DNA from: Eledone cirrhosa
Lineage: Eukaryota
Assembly (NCBI GenBank): GCA_964016885.1
Contig: OZ024742.1
Coordinates: 70,370,001 to 70,434,000, forward strand
Direction of reading: 5' to 3'
Length of the DNA: 64,000 nucleotides
Shown here one piece after another: positions 1 through 10,444 of this stretch; the stretch's first letter is position 1, and each line of letters opens with the position of its first letter. The notes beneath the pieces are model-generated. The model was not told where the DNA came from. It saw only the letters and a list, made by a program, of their open reading frames with translations, and made no database searches. The translations under genes were made by a program, and so were the position numbers.

Positions 1-59
1 TATATATACATACATATATATATATACATATACACATATATATACATGCTTTATTTTTA

Positions 60-270
60 TATTTTTATATTTTTTATCATTTTTCGCTATATGTCTCTCC
101 ACCACTCCCCTACACACCTTTTGAACTCTGTTCCCACACACTTCTCACCTGAGGAAGGGCTTATGCCCGAAACGTCGTCCCCCACCTACCCCCCACTCTC
201 CTGAGAGTTAAATTAATAAACATTTATTGTACTGCCTCTCTGTTTTGTAAATGTTCAAAAAATGTTTTCA
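60..270 (+). mobile_element. Probable Penelope-like element 3' end (pLTR remnant) with a hammerhead-like core
   Basis: CTGAGGA-A-GGGC-TTAT-GCCC-GAAA-CGTCGTC at 149-179, followed by AATAAA at ~216 and bounded by TA microsatellites. Stem I pairing is weak. Confidence 0.5.
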
Positions 271-601
271 TTATACATATACATATATACATATATATAT
301 ATATACACATATACATATATACATATATATATATACACACATATACATATATACATATATATATATACACATATATATATACATATATATATACACATAT
401 ATATACACATATATATACACACATATATATACACACATATATATACACATATATATATACATATATATATACACATATATATATACACACATATATATAT
501 ATACATATATATACACATATATATATACATATATATATACACATATATATATACACATATATATACACACTTATATACACACACATATATATATACACAC
601 A

Positions 602-667
<66 letters not shown>

Positions 668-700
668 CATATATATATACACACATATATATATACACAC

Positions 701-731
<31 letters not shown>

Positions 732-808
732 CATATATATATACACACATATATATATACACACATATATATATATACATATATATATATACATATATAT
801 ATATACAC

Positions 809-839
<31 letters not shown>

Positions 840-856
840 CACATATATATATACAC

Positions 857-887
<31 letters not shown>

Positions 888-904
888 CACATATATATAT
901 ACAC

Positions 905-935
<31 letters not shown>

Positions 936-1033
936 CATATATATATATACACATATATATATACACATATACACATATATATATACATATATACACATAT
1001 ATATATACATATATACACATATATACACATATA

Positions 1034-1115
<82 letters not shown>

Positions 1116-1166
1116 CATATATATATATACACACATATATATATATACACACATATATATATATAT

Positions 1167-1229
<63 letters not shown>

Positions 1230-1230
1230 C
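271..1230. repeat. Imperfect (TA)n microsatellite with CA interruptions
   Basis: Directly visible. Source of the spurious IY/YT ORFs. Confidence 0.98.
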
Positions 1231-1641
1231 CCAACTACTACCTTACCCAACTACACCTCTCAAAGTCAATGACACACGACCGTGACTTCTGGCGTCACGC
1301 AGTAATACAGGGTACCCGACCTCCCATGGGTACATGCTGAAGCATATAAACAATATGCCCCCCCCCCCCCCCCACCGCAAGGTGGTCGAGGAGGTGCCAC
1401 GGCAAAAAAGCACCCAGCCCACACTGTAAAGTGGACGTGTAGGCGCCACGAAAAAGCACCCAGCACTCACTGTAAATGAGGTTGGTGTTAGGAAGGGCAT
1501 CCAGCTGTAGAAATCAAGCCAGATCAGTTCCTGTATGAGCAAGGCATGGTCAGCCGACCAGACACTGCCCACAACAGGACAACCCGTCTAACCCATGCTA
1601 GCGTGGAAGAACGGACGTAAAACGGTGATGATGATGATGAT
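1231..1641 (+). mobile_element. 3' fragment of a second RTE LINE family (candidate partner of the CORE SINE)
   Basis: Translates [27 protein letters not shown], homologous to the main RTE ORF end [27 protein letters not shown]. The 3' UTR ends in ...cggacgtaaaacggt(GAT)n. Confidence 0.85.
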
Positions 1642-1649
1642 ACATATAT

Positions 1650-1696
<47 letters not shown>

Positions 1697-1699
1697 CAC

Positions 1700-1732
<33 letters not shown>

Positions 1733-2063
1733 AAAATATCCTTCTTTAGATGGGTTAAGAATGAAGAGTGAAATAGTACACTGGATCTCCCTGCAACAAG
1801 TCTTAACACCCCGGCGGGCAGGCGCAGCAAAATAACACCCAGAAAACAATCCTTGCATACCAGACCCAGCCTCAGACAAACGGAAAAAAAAAAAAAAAAA
1901 AAAAAAATTTTTCCGGGAAAGACTGCCCTAACACCGGCCAGAGTTACCTCCCTTGACCTGCTGCAAATTCAAAACAAGATATTTTTGCGAGCAATGAATC
2001 TTGATGTGGATTTAACCCCCAAAACTCTTTCCGAACTATATAAGGAACACTTGTGATTATTTA

Positions 2064-2106
2064 TGCCCTTGAGAAGCCCAACTGGGCGAAACGTACGTAG
2101 GTGATA
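2064..2106 (+). ncRNA. Variant minimal hammerhead-like motif (CTTGAGAA core), probable PLE 3' remnant within 1735-2320
   Basis: CC-CTTGAGAA-GCCCA-AC-TGGGC-GAAA-CGTACG-TA-GG with palindromic stem III. It lies just after an ORF stop (2056) and before AATAAA. Confidence 0.5.
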
Positions 2107-2377
2107 TTTTAAATAAACATGTTTTAACGGTCTATTCTCCGATTTTTCACTTTCCCACGTGCTTACGCTCTGCTAACTCTCTAGCCCACTAAATATTAAC
2201 ACTTCGAATATTTAATACTGCCGGCACTAGTATCGAGCACCTTTGGCATACGCTACTTGGCAAATAACTATATGTATCACCTATCCCTCCTTTGTCTCTC
2301 TTTCTCGATACGTAAATACTATATATATATATATACATATATATATATACATATATATATATATACACATATATATC

Positions 2378-4530
2378 GATAACAAGGTAGCTTGGAAGTG
2401 TCACTATGAAAGGCTACTCAATGAGGAGAATAAATGGGAGAAAGACAGTCTCCCCCACATCGACCCAATTGAGGGACCAGCAGTGTTAGTCGAGGGTAGT
2501 ATAATAAGTAAGGCAATCAAAGATATGAAGACAGGCAAGGCGGCTGGGCCTTCGGAAATAGTTGCTGAGATGCTGAAGGCATCTGGTACGGTGGGACACA
2601 CCATGGTCACCCGGATAGTCAACCAAGTCATACAGAATGGGGTTGTTCCGAAGGACTGGCGTAGCAGCATTATCGTTAACTGTTATAAGGGTAAAGGAGA
2701 TGCCCTAGATAGGAGTAACTATAGAGGCATTAAATTAATCGACCAGGTCATGAAGGTCACGGAAAAAGTAATAGCGCAACTAATCAGAGAGCGAATTGAT
2801 CTAGATGAAATGCAGTTCGGGTTTGTGTCAGGAAAAAGTACCACTGACGCTCTTTTCATTGTACGACAACTACAGGAGAAGTACCTAGCTAAAAGTAAAC
2901 CCCTATACTTAGCTTTCGTCGACTTGGAGAGGGCCTTCGACAGAGTCCCCCGTTCCATTATCTGGTGGGCTCTTAGAAAACTAGGTGTCGATGAATGGCT
3001 TGTGAGAGCTATACAAGCCATGTATAAAGAAACAGTCAGCAAGGTTAGAATTAACAACGAATATAGTGAAGAGTTTAGTGTAAAAGTTGGTGTTCATCAG
3101 GGCTCTGTTCTTAGCCCCCTACTATTTATTATTGCCCTCCAGGCTATAACAGTGGAGTTCAAGACCGGCTTCCCATGGGAACTCCTATACGCAGATGATC
3201 TAACGCTCATAGCTGAATCAATGGCCGAGCTAGAGAAGAAATTCCAAACATGGAAGCACGGGCTAGAATCAAAAGGCCTTAAAATTAACCTGGCTAAGAC
3301 TAAAGTTCTAGTTTGTAAGAAAGAAAATAAGGCGGCGGTCCCCTCCGGGAAGTGGCCATGCACAGAGTGTAGGAAAGGCGTAGGTAGAAATTCCATTTTG
3401 TGTCCCAAATGCAAAGTTTGGGTTCATAAAAGATGTAGTGGGATCACAGGTAAGCTAACTAAGAACATAGATTTTACATGTAACCGGTGTTCTGGGGCAA
3501 TAAGTAGCAGCAAGTGCCCACAAAATACTAGCTCTTTCAACTGCGCAGAGGGTTCTATAGAAATAGTGGACAGCTTCCATTACCTGGGTGACAAAATCAG
3601 CAGTGGGGGAGGGTGCTCTGAAAGTACAGTAGCTAGAGTCAGAACTGGGTGGAAAAAGTTCAGAGAGCTTATACCACTATTAGCCGCTAAAGGGTTCTCC
3701 CTAAAAATGAAAGACAGGTTGTACGATGCCTGCATACGAACATCAATGTTGCATGGCAGTGAGACCTGGGCATTGTGTGCAGAGGATATACGGAGAATAG
3801 AGAGAAACGAAGCTTGCATGCTCCGCTGGATGTGTAATAGTAATATACGTGAACGACAAAGCATAAACGAACTAAGGAAAAAATTAGAAATAAGAGGGAT
3901 CAGATGTTGTTTACTAGAGAGAAGGCTACGTTGGTATGGTCACGTGATGCGCATGAAGGACGATAGCTGTATAACAAAGTGCAGGGCAATAAAGATAGAC
4001 GGTAGCCACGGAACAGGCAGACCTAGAAAAACCTGGGACGAAGTGATAAACTCCGACCTCACACACTTACACCTCTCCAAGACAATGTCACTGGAACGAG
4101 ACCTTTGGCGGTACTCAGTAATAGAGAAGACCCGCCTGACCTAAATACAAAGTAAAACCTACTACAGCCAGTAGGCATCTCTAACAAAATACACCCCCGT
4201 CCCACCACCCCCACCCAATCCACACCGCCCCCTTCTATGTAAAGTTATGTTGGTGCCACACCATCCAGGCCGAAACAAATGAGATCGTGTAGGTGTCACG
4301 ACAAAAAAACACACAGTCCACGCTGTAATGTGGCCGTGTAGGCAACACGGTAAAAACCTCCCAGACCCACACTGTAAATGTGGTTGGTGTTAGGAAGGGC
4401 ATCCAACTGTAGAAAACCTGCCAGACAGTCCTATGCGAACAAGACAATCACTCTTGCCTCAAGTGGGAAAACCTCCATCCAAACCCATGCAAGCGTGGAA
4501 CACGGACGTTAAACGATGATGATGATGATG

Positions 4531-4532
<2 letters not shown>
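2378..4532 (+). mobile_element. 5'-truncated RTE LINE (RT + PHD + C-terminus, 3' UTR, (GAT)n tail)
   Basis: ORF to 4144 with GKAAGP, QFGF, FVDLERAFDRV, GVHQGSVLSP, LYADD. The tail is cgttaaac(GAT)n. Confidence 0.95.
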
Positions 4533-4563
<31 letters not shown>

Positions 4564-4624
4564 CATATACATAAATACATATATATATATATACATACAT
4601 ATACACATATATATATACACATAT

Positions 4625-4658
<34 letters not shown>

Positions 4659-4741
4659 ATATATATATATACATACATATACATATATATATATATATAT
4701 ATACATACATATATATATATATATATACATACATATACATA

Positions 4742-4775
<34 letters not shown>

Positions 4776-5123
4776 CATATATACATATATATATATACAC
4801 ATATATATATATACACATATATATATATACACATATATATATATACACATATATATATATACACATATATATATATACATATATATATATACATATATAT
4901 ATATACATATATATATATACACATATATATATATACACATATATATATATACACATATACATATATATATACATATATATATACTTATATATATATATAC
5001 TTATATATATATATACTTATATATATATATACTTATATATATATATACTTATATATATATATACTTATATATATATATACTTATATATATATATACTTAT
5101 ATATATATATATACATATATATA
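4533..5123. repeat. (TA/TACA)n microsatellite including eight 16-bp ATACTTATATATATAT units (4981-5108)
   Basis: CTT recurs every 16 bp from 4984 to 5096. Confidence 0.95.
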
Positions 5124-5159
5124 CTTATAAGATCAAAAGATGGTTAAAGGAGTTCCATA

Positions 5160-5230
5160 TATTTTATTATGCGCATTTCAAAAACAAACATCATCAAGCA
5201 ATAATATTTGTGTTTTCATCAGATAAAACA
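5160..5230 (-). ncRNA. Type I minimal hammerhead ribozyme in the PLE 3' end
   Basis: Reverse complement of 10091-10161. Confidence 0.85.
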
Positions 5231-6200
5231 GGAGAACATGATATGAAGGCTAAAAAACACTTGTTGATAGTGCAGTTTTAAATCAACATATGAAAAGTGG
5301 TTTTAGATTGATGTGTGATATTGGGAAAAATATTTTATTTAGAGAGGGGGGGGGGGTGAAAAGGGAAGGAGATGAGAGGGAGAGATGGGTGATAGAGAGA
5401 AAGAGATAGTTTTTATAACTGAGAGGAGATATATTTTTTACATAGAGGGGTTGAAAACCGTTGGAAGATACTGTATAAATTAAAAATTTTGAAAATTAAC
5501 GAAGGGAGGATATGTGCGAGGAAAAAATATTTTATTTAGGGGGGGGGGGGATGAAAAAAAGGGGGGAGAAGATGAGAGTGAAGGTGGAGAGGGAGAGATG
5601 GGTGATAGAGAGAAAGAGATAGTTTTTATAACTGAGAAAAAGATATATTGTTTTAATATAGAGAGGTTGGGAACCGTTGGAAGATAATGTATAAATTAAA
5701 GGGATTTGAAAATTAACGAAGGGAAATTATGTATGAAGATAGAGAGAAAAAAATAATAATTGTGGGTGAATATTCTAACGTCAAAAGAAGAAATGTATGT
5801 ATTGTGGCAATTTCAAAATTAGCGAAGAGAAAAATTGTTAAGGTTTGTGTGTAGAAGGATTTGAGAAAAATAATGTGAAGTTAAAGTTTGTATATTGAAT
5901 TGATATGTATTAATAATGAGTTCGTTGATGGGGAGAAAAAAATATAATAATAAATTAAGGATGAAATTGAGATTTAAAAGATTTATGATAGAGAGAAAAA
6001 ATAATAATGATTGCGGATGAATATTCAAAATGTCAAAAACAAATGTTATTATTTTACGAGAAGATAGAATGAGGGTAATGAGTAAACGAGTATTATAGAG
6101 TGTATAATGCCCTTTAAAGTAAGGTAGATGGGTATATTTTAAAGAGGTGTATGTATATGTGCCTTTGAGAAAAGATTCTAAATTGATAAAGAATTGAATA

Positions 6201-7631
6201 TTAACTGTATACTTTGTGAAAAGTTCTATGGAATTTATGCAGGCAGATAGAAAACAAATCTGAGCGTCTATTTATTATAGAATCTAGGTTAGAGATAATG
6301 GTAAATTTTTCATTTAGGCAGAGATTACAGATTTTAGATAGAGAGCTGTTCAAGTATGAGGATGCAGAAGAAATCTTTTTCCAAAAGATGTTATATTTAA
6401 TGTTTTTGTCTTTTAAGGACCATATGAGTTCTGAGAGAGCAGTGTTAGTTCTTTTAAGTTTGTATTTGAAAGATGAATGATGATTATAGAGACGAGCTTT
6501 AAAAGAGGTGGAAGTGGAGCCAAAATAGGTGAAGGAATTGGTGCTAGTTATAATTTTACATTCATAAATTAAGTTTTTATCGAGGCAATGGTTGTTGAGA
6601 GGACATTTATTTTTAATGCGGCAGTTGCAATTAGAGAGATTATTAATGAGTGATCTAGTGTTATCTATAGAAGGAATTGGATTGGAGAAGTTGTTTGCGA
6701 TAGGAATAATAGGAATAATAGTTTCTTGATTTAGAGTTGGATTATGAACATTTAGCGAAGTTGTGTTTGACGTTGTATTTGGGTTTACAGAAGTTAGCCT
6801 AGGGTTTACAATGACGTCGGGAGTACTATTACTGTTATTATGAAATTCAATATTGGAAGGAAGAGATTTAGTATTTAATATTTTGTTGTTGTGTTTAGAG
6901 ATGATGTTGGAAATATTGGAGGATGTAGAATACGAAAATTTGATGGTGTGTTTGTTAAATATTTTACTATAGATATGTGAGGGAGGGAAGCATTTATTTA
7001 AGGCACTAAAAAATAATTTAGGAATATTGTTATTAATAGAGATGGAGAAAGGAGCATTATACCAGATTATGTTTTTGTATCTAGGTCTTTTATTAAAATT
7101 ATTGGAATGGTCATGATTAATTATTCTACTGTAAGTTTTCCTAGAATTTGTTTCTTTATTATATTTGATTTTATCTGGATAGCCGGCTTTAGAAAGTGCG
7201 TTATTATAGTAATTGGCGTTAGCATCAAAGATGTTTTTATTAGAAGATATGTTAGATATTCTATTTCCAATATTATTAACTATAGCATTCTTGATATTGG
7301 TAGGATGGTTAGATTTAAAGTTAACATAATTAAGATTCTCATTGTTTTTATGGTATGGGTAATATAGGCCAGTGTCAAAATTAAGAGATACATCCAAGAA
7401 ATTAGCTAGTTTGATACTATTATCAAATTCAATTTTTAGGTTATGTTGGTTAAAGAGATTACGTATATTGTTCTTAATAATATTAAGTTTAACTATATTG
7501 CAATTTAGGATAGTAAAGAGTCCATCGTCACGATAAATTCCACCGCGAAGTTGAGGAACTTTCCGACTCAAACAGTTCAAAATGAAGATACCAATTAAAT
7601 CAGTCAATTGGGATGAATCGGATGCTCCCAT
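6201..7631 (-). CDS. PLE polyprotein fragment: RT (YRDD), N-rich linker, GIY-YIG endonuclease
   Basis: FDITMGASDSSQLTDLIG, YRDDGL, NFLDVSL, SNHP, CNCR..CPL..C, LIY...YFG, CNLCLNEK, C-x-H. The frame continues upstream into the spacer (NEYWTRADTSNNFDIT). Confidence 0.9.
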   Translation of the reverse strand: MGASDSSQLTDLIGIFILNCLSRKVPQLRGGIYRDDGLFTILNCNIVKLNIIKNNIRNLFNQHNLKIEFDNSIKLANFLDVSLNFDTGLYYPYHKNNENLNYVNFKSNHPTNIKNAIVNNIGNRISNISSNKNIFDANANYYNNALSKAGYPDKIKYNKETNSRKTYSRIINHDHSNNFNKRPRYKNIIWYNAPFSISINNNIPKLFFSALNKCFPPSHIYSKIFNKHTIKFSYSTSSNISNIISKHNNKILNTKSLPSNIEFHNNSNSTPDVIVNPRLTSVNPNTTSNTTSLNVHNPTLNQETIIPIIPIANNFSNPIPSIDNTRSLINNLSNCNCRIKNKCPLNNHCLDKNLIYECKIITSTNSFTYFGSTSTSFKARLYNHHSSFKYKLKRTNTALSELIWSLKDKNIKYNIFWKKISSASSYLNSSLSKICNLCLNEKFTIISNLDSIINRRSDLFSICLHKFHRTFHKVYS

Positions 7632-7691
7632 TGTGATGTCGAAGTTGTTAGAGGTATCGGCTCTGGTCCAATATTCGTTGTCGACATCACA

Positions 7692-9122
7692 ATGGGAGCA
7701 TCCGATTCATCCCAATTGACTGATTTAATTGGTATCTTCATTTTGAACTCTTTGAGTCGGAAAATTCCTCAACTTCGCGGTGGAATTTATCGTGACGATG
7801 GACTCTTTACTATCCTAAATTGCAATATAGTTAAACTTAATATTATTAAGAACAATATACGTAATCTCTTTAACCAACATAACCTAAAAATTGAATTTGA
7901 TAATAGTATCAAACTAGCTAATTTCTTGGATGTATCTCTTAATCTTGACACTGGCCTATATTACCCTTACCATAAAAACAATGAGAATCTTAATTATGTT
8001 AACTTTAAATCTAACCATCCTACCAATATCAAGAATGCTATAGTTAATAATATTGGAAATAGAATATCTAACATATCTTCTAATAAAAACATATTTGATG
8101 CTAACGCCAATTACTATAATAACGCACTTTCTAAAGCCGGCTATCCAGATAAAATCAAATATAATAAAGAAACAAATTCTAGGAAAACTTACAGTAGAAT
8201 AATTAATCATGACCATTCCAATAATTTTAATAAAAGACCTAGATACAAAAACATAATCTGGTATAATGCTCCTTTCTCCATCTCTATTAATAACAATATT
8301 CCTAAATTATTTTTTAGTGCCTTAAATAAATGCTTCCCTCCCTCACATATCTATAGTAAAATATTTAACAAACACACCATCAAATTTTCGTATTCTACAT
8401 CCTCCAATATTTCCAACATCATCTCTAAACACAACAACAAAATATTAAATACTAAATCTCTTCCTTCCAATATTGAATTTCATAATAACAGTAATAGTAC
8501 TCCCGACGTCATTGTAAACCCTAGGCTAACTTCTGTAAACCCAAATACAACGTCAAACACAATTTCGCTAAATGTTCATAATCCAACTCTAAATCAAGAA
8601 ACTATTATTCCTATTATTCCTATCGCAAACAACTTCTCCAATCCAATTCCTTCTATAGATAACACTAGATCACTCATTAATAATCTCTCTAATTGCAACT
8701 GCCGCATTAAAAATAAATGTCCTCTCAACAACCATTGCCTCGATAAAAACTTAATTTATGAATGTAAAATTATAACTAGCACCAATTCCTTCACCTATTT
8801 TGGCTCCACTTCCACCTCTTTTAAAGCTCGTCTCTATAATCATCATTCATCTTTCAAATACAAACTTAAAAGAACTAACACTGCTCTCTCAGAACTCATA
8901 TGGTCCTTAAAAGACAAAAACATTAAATATAACATCTTTTGGAAAAAGATTTCTTCTGCATCCTCATACTTGAACAGCTCTCTATCTAAAATCTGTAATC
9001 TCTGCCTAAATGAAAAATTTACCATTATCTCTAACCTAGATTCTATAATAAATAGACGCTCAGATTTGTTTTCTATCTGCCTGCATAAATTCCATAGAAC
9101 TTTTCACAAAGTATACAGTTAA
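7692..9122 (+). CDS. PLE polyprotein fragment: RT C-terminal half + GIY-YIG endonuclease
   Basis: 476 aa, differing from the left copy at four residues seen (C/S, V/I, F/L, T/I). Confidence 0.9.
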   Translation: MGASDSSQLTDLIGIFILNSLSRKIPQLRGGIYRDDGLFTILNCNIVKLNIIKNNIRNLFNQHNLKIEFDNSIKLANFLDVSLNLDTGLYYPYHKNNENLNYVNFKSNHPTNIKNAIVNNIGNRISNISSNKNIFDANANYYNNALSKAGYPDKIKYNKETNSRKTYSRIINHDHSNNFNKRPRYKNIIWYNAPFSISINNNIPKLFFSALNKCFPPSHIYSKIFNKHTIKFSYSTSSNISNIISKHNNKILNTKSLPSNIEFHNNSNSTPDVIVNPRLTSVNPNTTSNTISLNVHNPTLNQETIIPIIPIANNFSNPIPSIDNTRSLINNLSNCNCRIKNKCPLNNHCLDKNLIYECKIITSTNSFTYFGSTSTSFKARLYNHHSSFKYKLKRTNTALSELIWSLKDKNIKYNIFWKKISSASSYLNSSLSKICNLCLNEKFTIISNLDSIINRRSDLFSICLHKFHRTFHKVYS

Positions 9123-9589
9123 TATTCAATTCTTTATCAATTTAGAATCTTTTCTCAAAGGCACATATACATACACCTCTTTAAAATATACCCATCTACC
9201 TTACTTTAAAGGGCATTATACACTCTATAATACTCATTTACTCATTCTATCTTCTCGTAAAATAATAACATTTGTTTTTGACATTTTGAATATTCATCCG
9301 TAATCATTATTATTTTTTCTCTCTATCATAAATCTTTTTAATCTCAATTTCATCCTTAATTTATTATTATATTTTTTTCTCCCCATCAACGAACTCATTA
9401 TTAATACATATCAATTCAATATACAAACTTTAACTTCACATTATTTTTCTCAAATCCTTCTACACACAAACCTTAACAATTTTTCTCTTCGCTAATTTTG
9501 AAATTGCCACAATACATACATTTCTTCTTTTGACGTTAGAATATTCACCCACAATTATTATTTTTTTCTCTCTATCTTCATACATAATT

Positions 9590-9996
9590 TCCCTTCGTTA
9601 ATTTTCAAATTCCTTTAATTTATACATTATCTTCCAACGGTTCCCAACCTCTCTATATTAAAACAATATATCTTTTTCTCAGTTATAAAAACTATCTCTT
9701 TCTCTCTATCACCCATCTCTCCCTCTCCACCTTCACTCTCATCTCCTCCCCCCTTTTTTTCATCCTTTCCACCCCCCCCTCCCTAAATAAAATATTTTTT
9801 CCTCGCACATATCCTCCCTTCGTTAATTTTCAAAATTTTTAATTTATACAGTATCTTCCAACGGTTTTCAACCCCTCTATGTAAAAAATATATCTCCTCT
9901 CAGTTATAAAAACTATCTCTTTCTCTCTATCACCCATCTCTCCCTCTCATCTCCTTCCCTTTTCATCCCCCCCCCTCTCTAAATAAAATATTTTTC
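9590..9996 (+). repeat. Two diverged ~190-225 bp direct repeats in the PLE 3' UTR (mirrored at ~5325-5725)
   Basis: cccttcgttaattttcaaa...tcttccaacgg...ctcagttataaaaactatctcttttctctctatcacccatctctccctctc...ctaaataaaatattttt occurs twice. Confidence 0.85.
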
Positions 9997-10090
9997 CCAA
10001 TATCACACATCAATCTAAAACCACTTTTCATATGTTGATTTAAAACTGCACTATCAACAAGTGTTTTTTAGCCTTCATATCATGTTCTCC

Positions 10091-10161
10091 TGTTTTATCT
10101 GATGAAAACACAAATATTATTGCTTGATGATGTTTGTTTTTGAAATGCGCATAATAAAATA
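10091..10161 (+). ncRNA. Type I minimal hammerhead ribozyme in the PLE 3' end
   Basis: Stem I TGTTTTAT/ATAAAATA, core CTGATGA (10099), ~16-bp stem II AAACACAAATATTATT/GATGATGTTTGTTTTT, GAAA, palindromic stem III A-TGCGCA-T, cleavage triplet AUA. Confidence 0.85.
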
Positions 10162-10197
10162 TATGGAACTCCTTTAACCATCTTTTGATCTTATAAG

Positions 10198-10413
10198 TAT
10201 ATATATATATGTATATATATATATAAGTATATATATATATATGTATATATATATGTATATATATATATGTGTGTATATATATATATATGTGTATATATAT
10301 ATATGTGTATATATATATATGTATATATATATATATGTATTTATGTATATGTATATATGTATTTATGTATATATATATATGTATATATATATATATGTGT
10401 ATATATATATATG

Positions 10414-10443
<30 letters not shown>
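10198..10443. repeat. (TA/TGTA)n microsatellite, inverted homologue of 4533-5123
   Basis: Shares the rare landmarks ataaatac/gtatttat and aagtat with the left array. Confidence 0.9.

Positions 10444-10444
<1 letters not shown>

Larger units (their letters stand above)
5124..7680 (-). mobile_element. 5'-truncated Penelope-like element (left arm of palindrome)
   Basis: RT C-terminal half plus GIY-YIG ORF, ~1.07 kb 3' UTR and a terminal hammerhead. Confidence 0.93.
7681..10197 (+). mobile_element. 5'-truncated Penelope-like element (right arm of palindrome)
   Basis: Near-identical reverse complement of 5124-7642, with a few substitutions and small indels. Confidence 0.93.

Noticed and set aside
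4193-4233. C-rich tract after the RTE stop codon (antisense G-quadruplex potential)
   Set aside because: Present in most copies but variable in run length, with no evidence of function from sequence alone.
4235-4447. Recurrent 70-aa [21 protein letters not shown]... in many places
   Set aside because: It is the antisense translation of the repeated RTE 3' UTR, starts at a non-ATG codon and shows no coding evidence.
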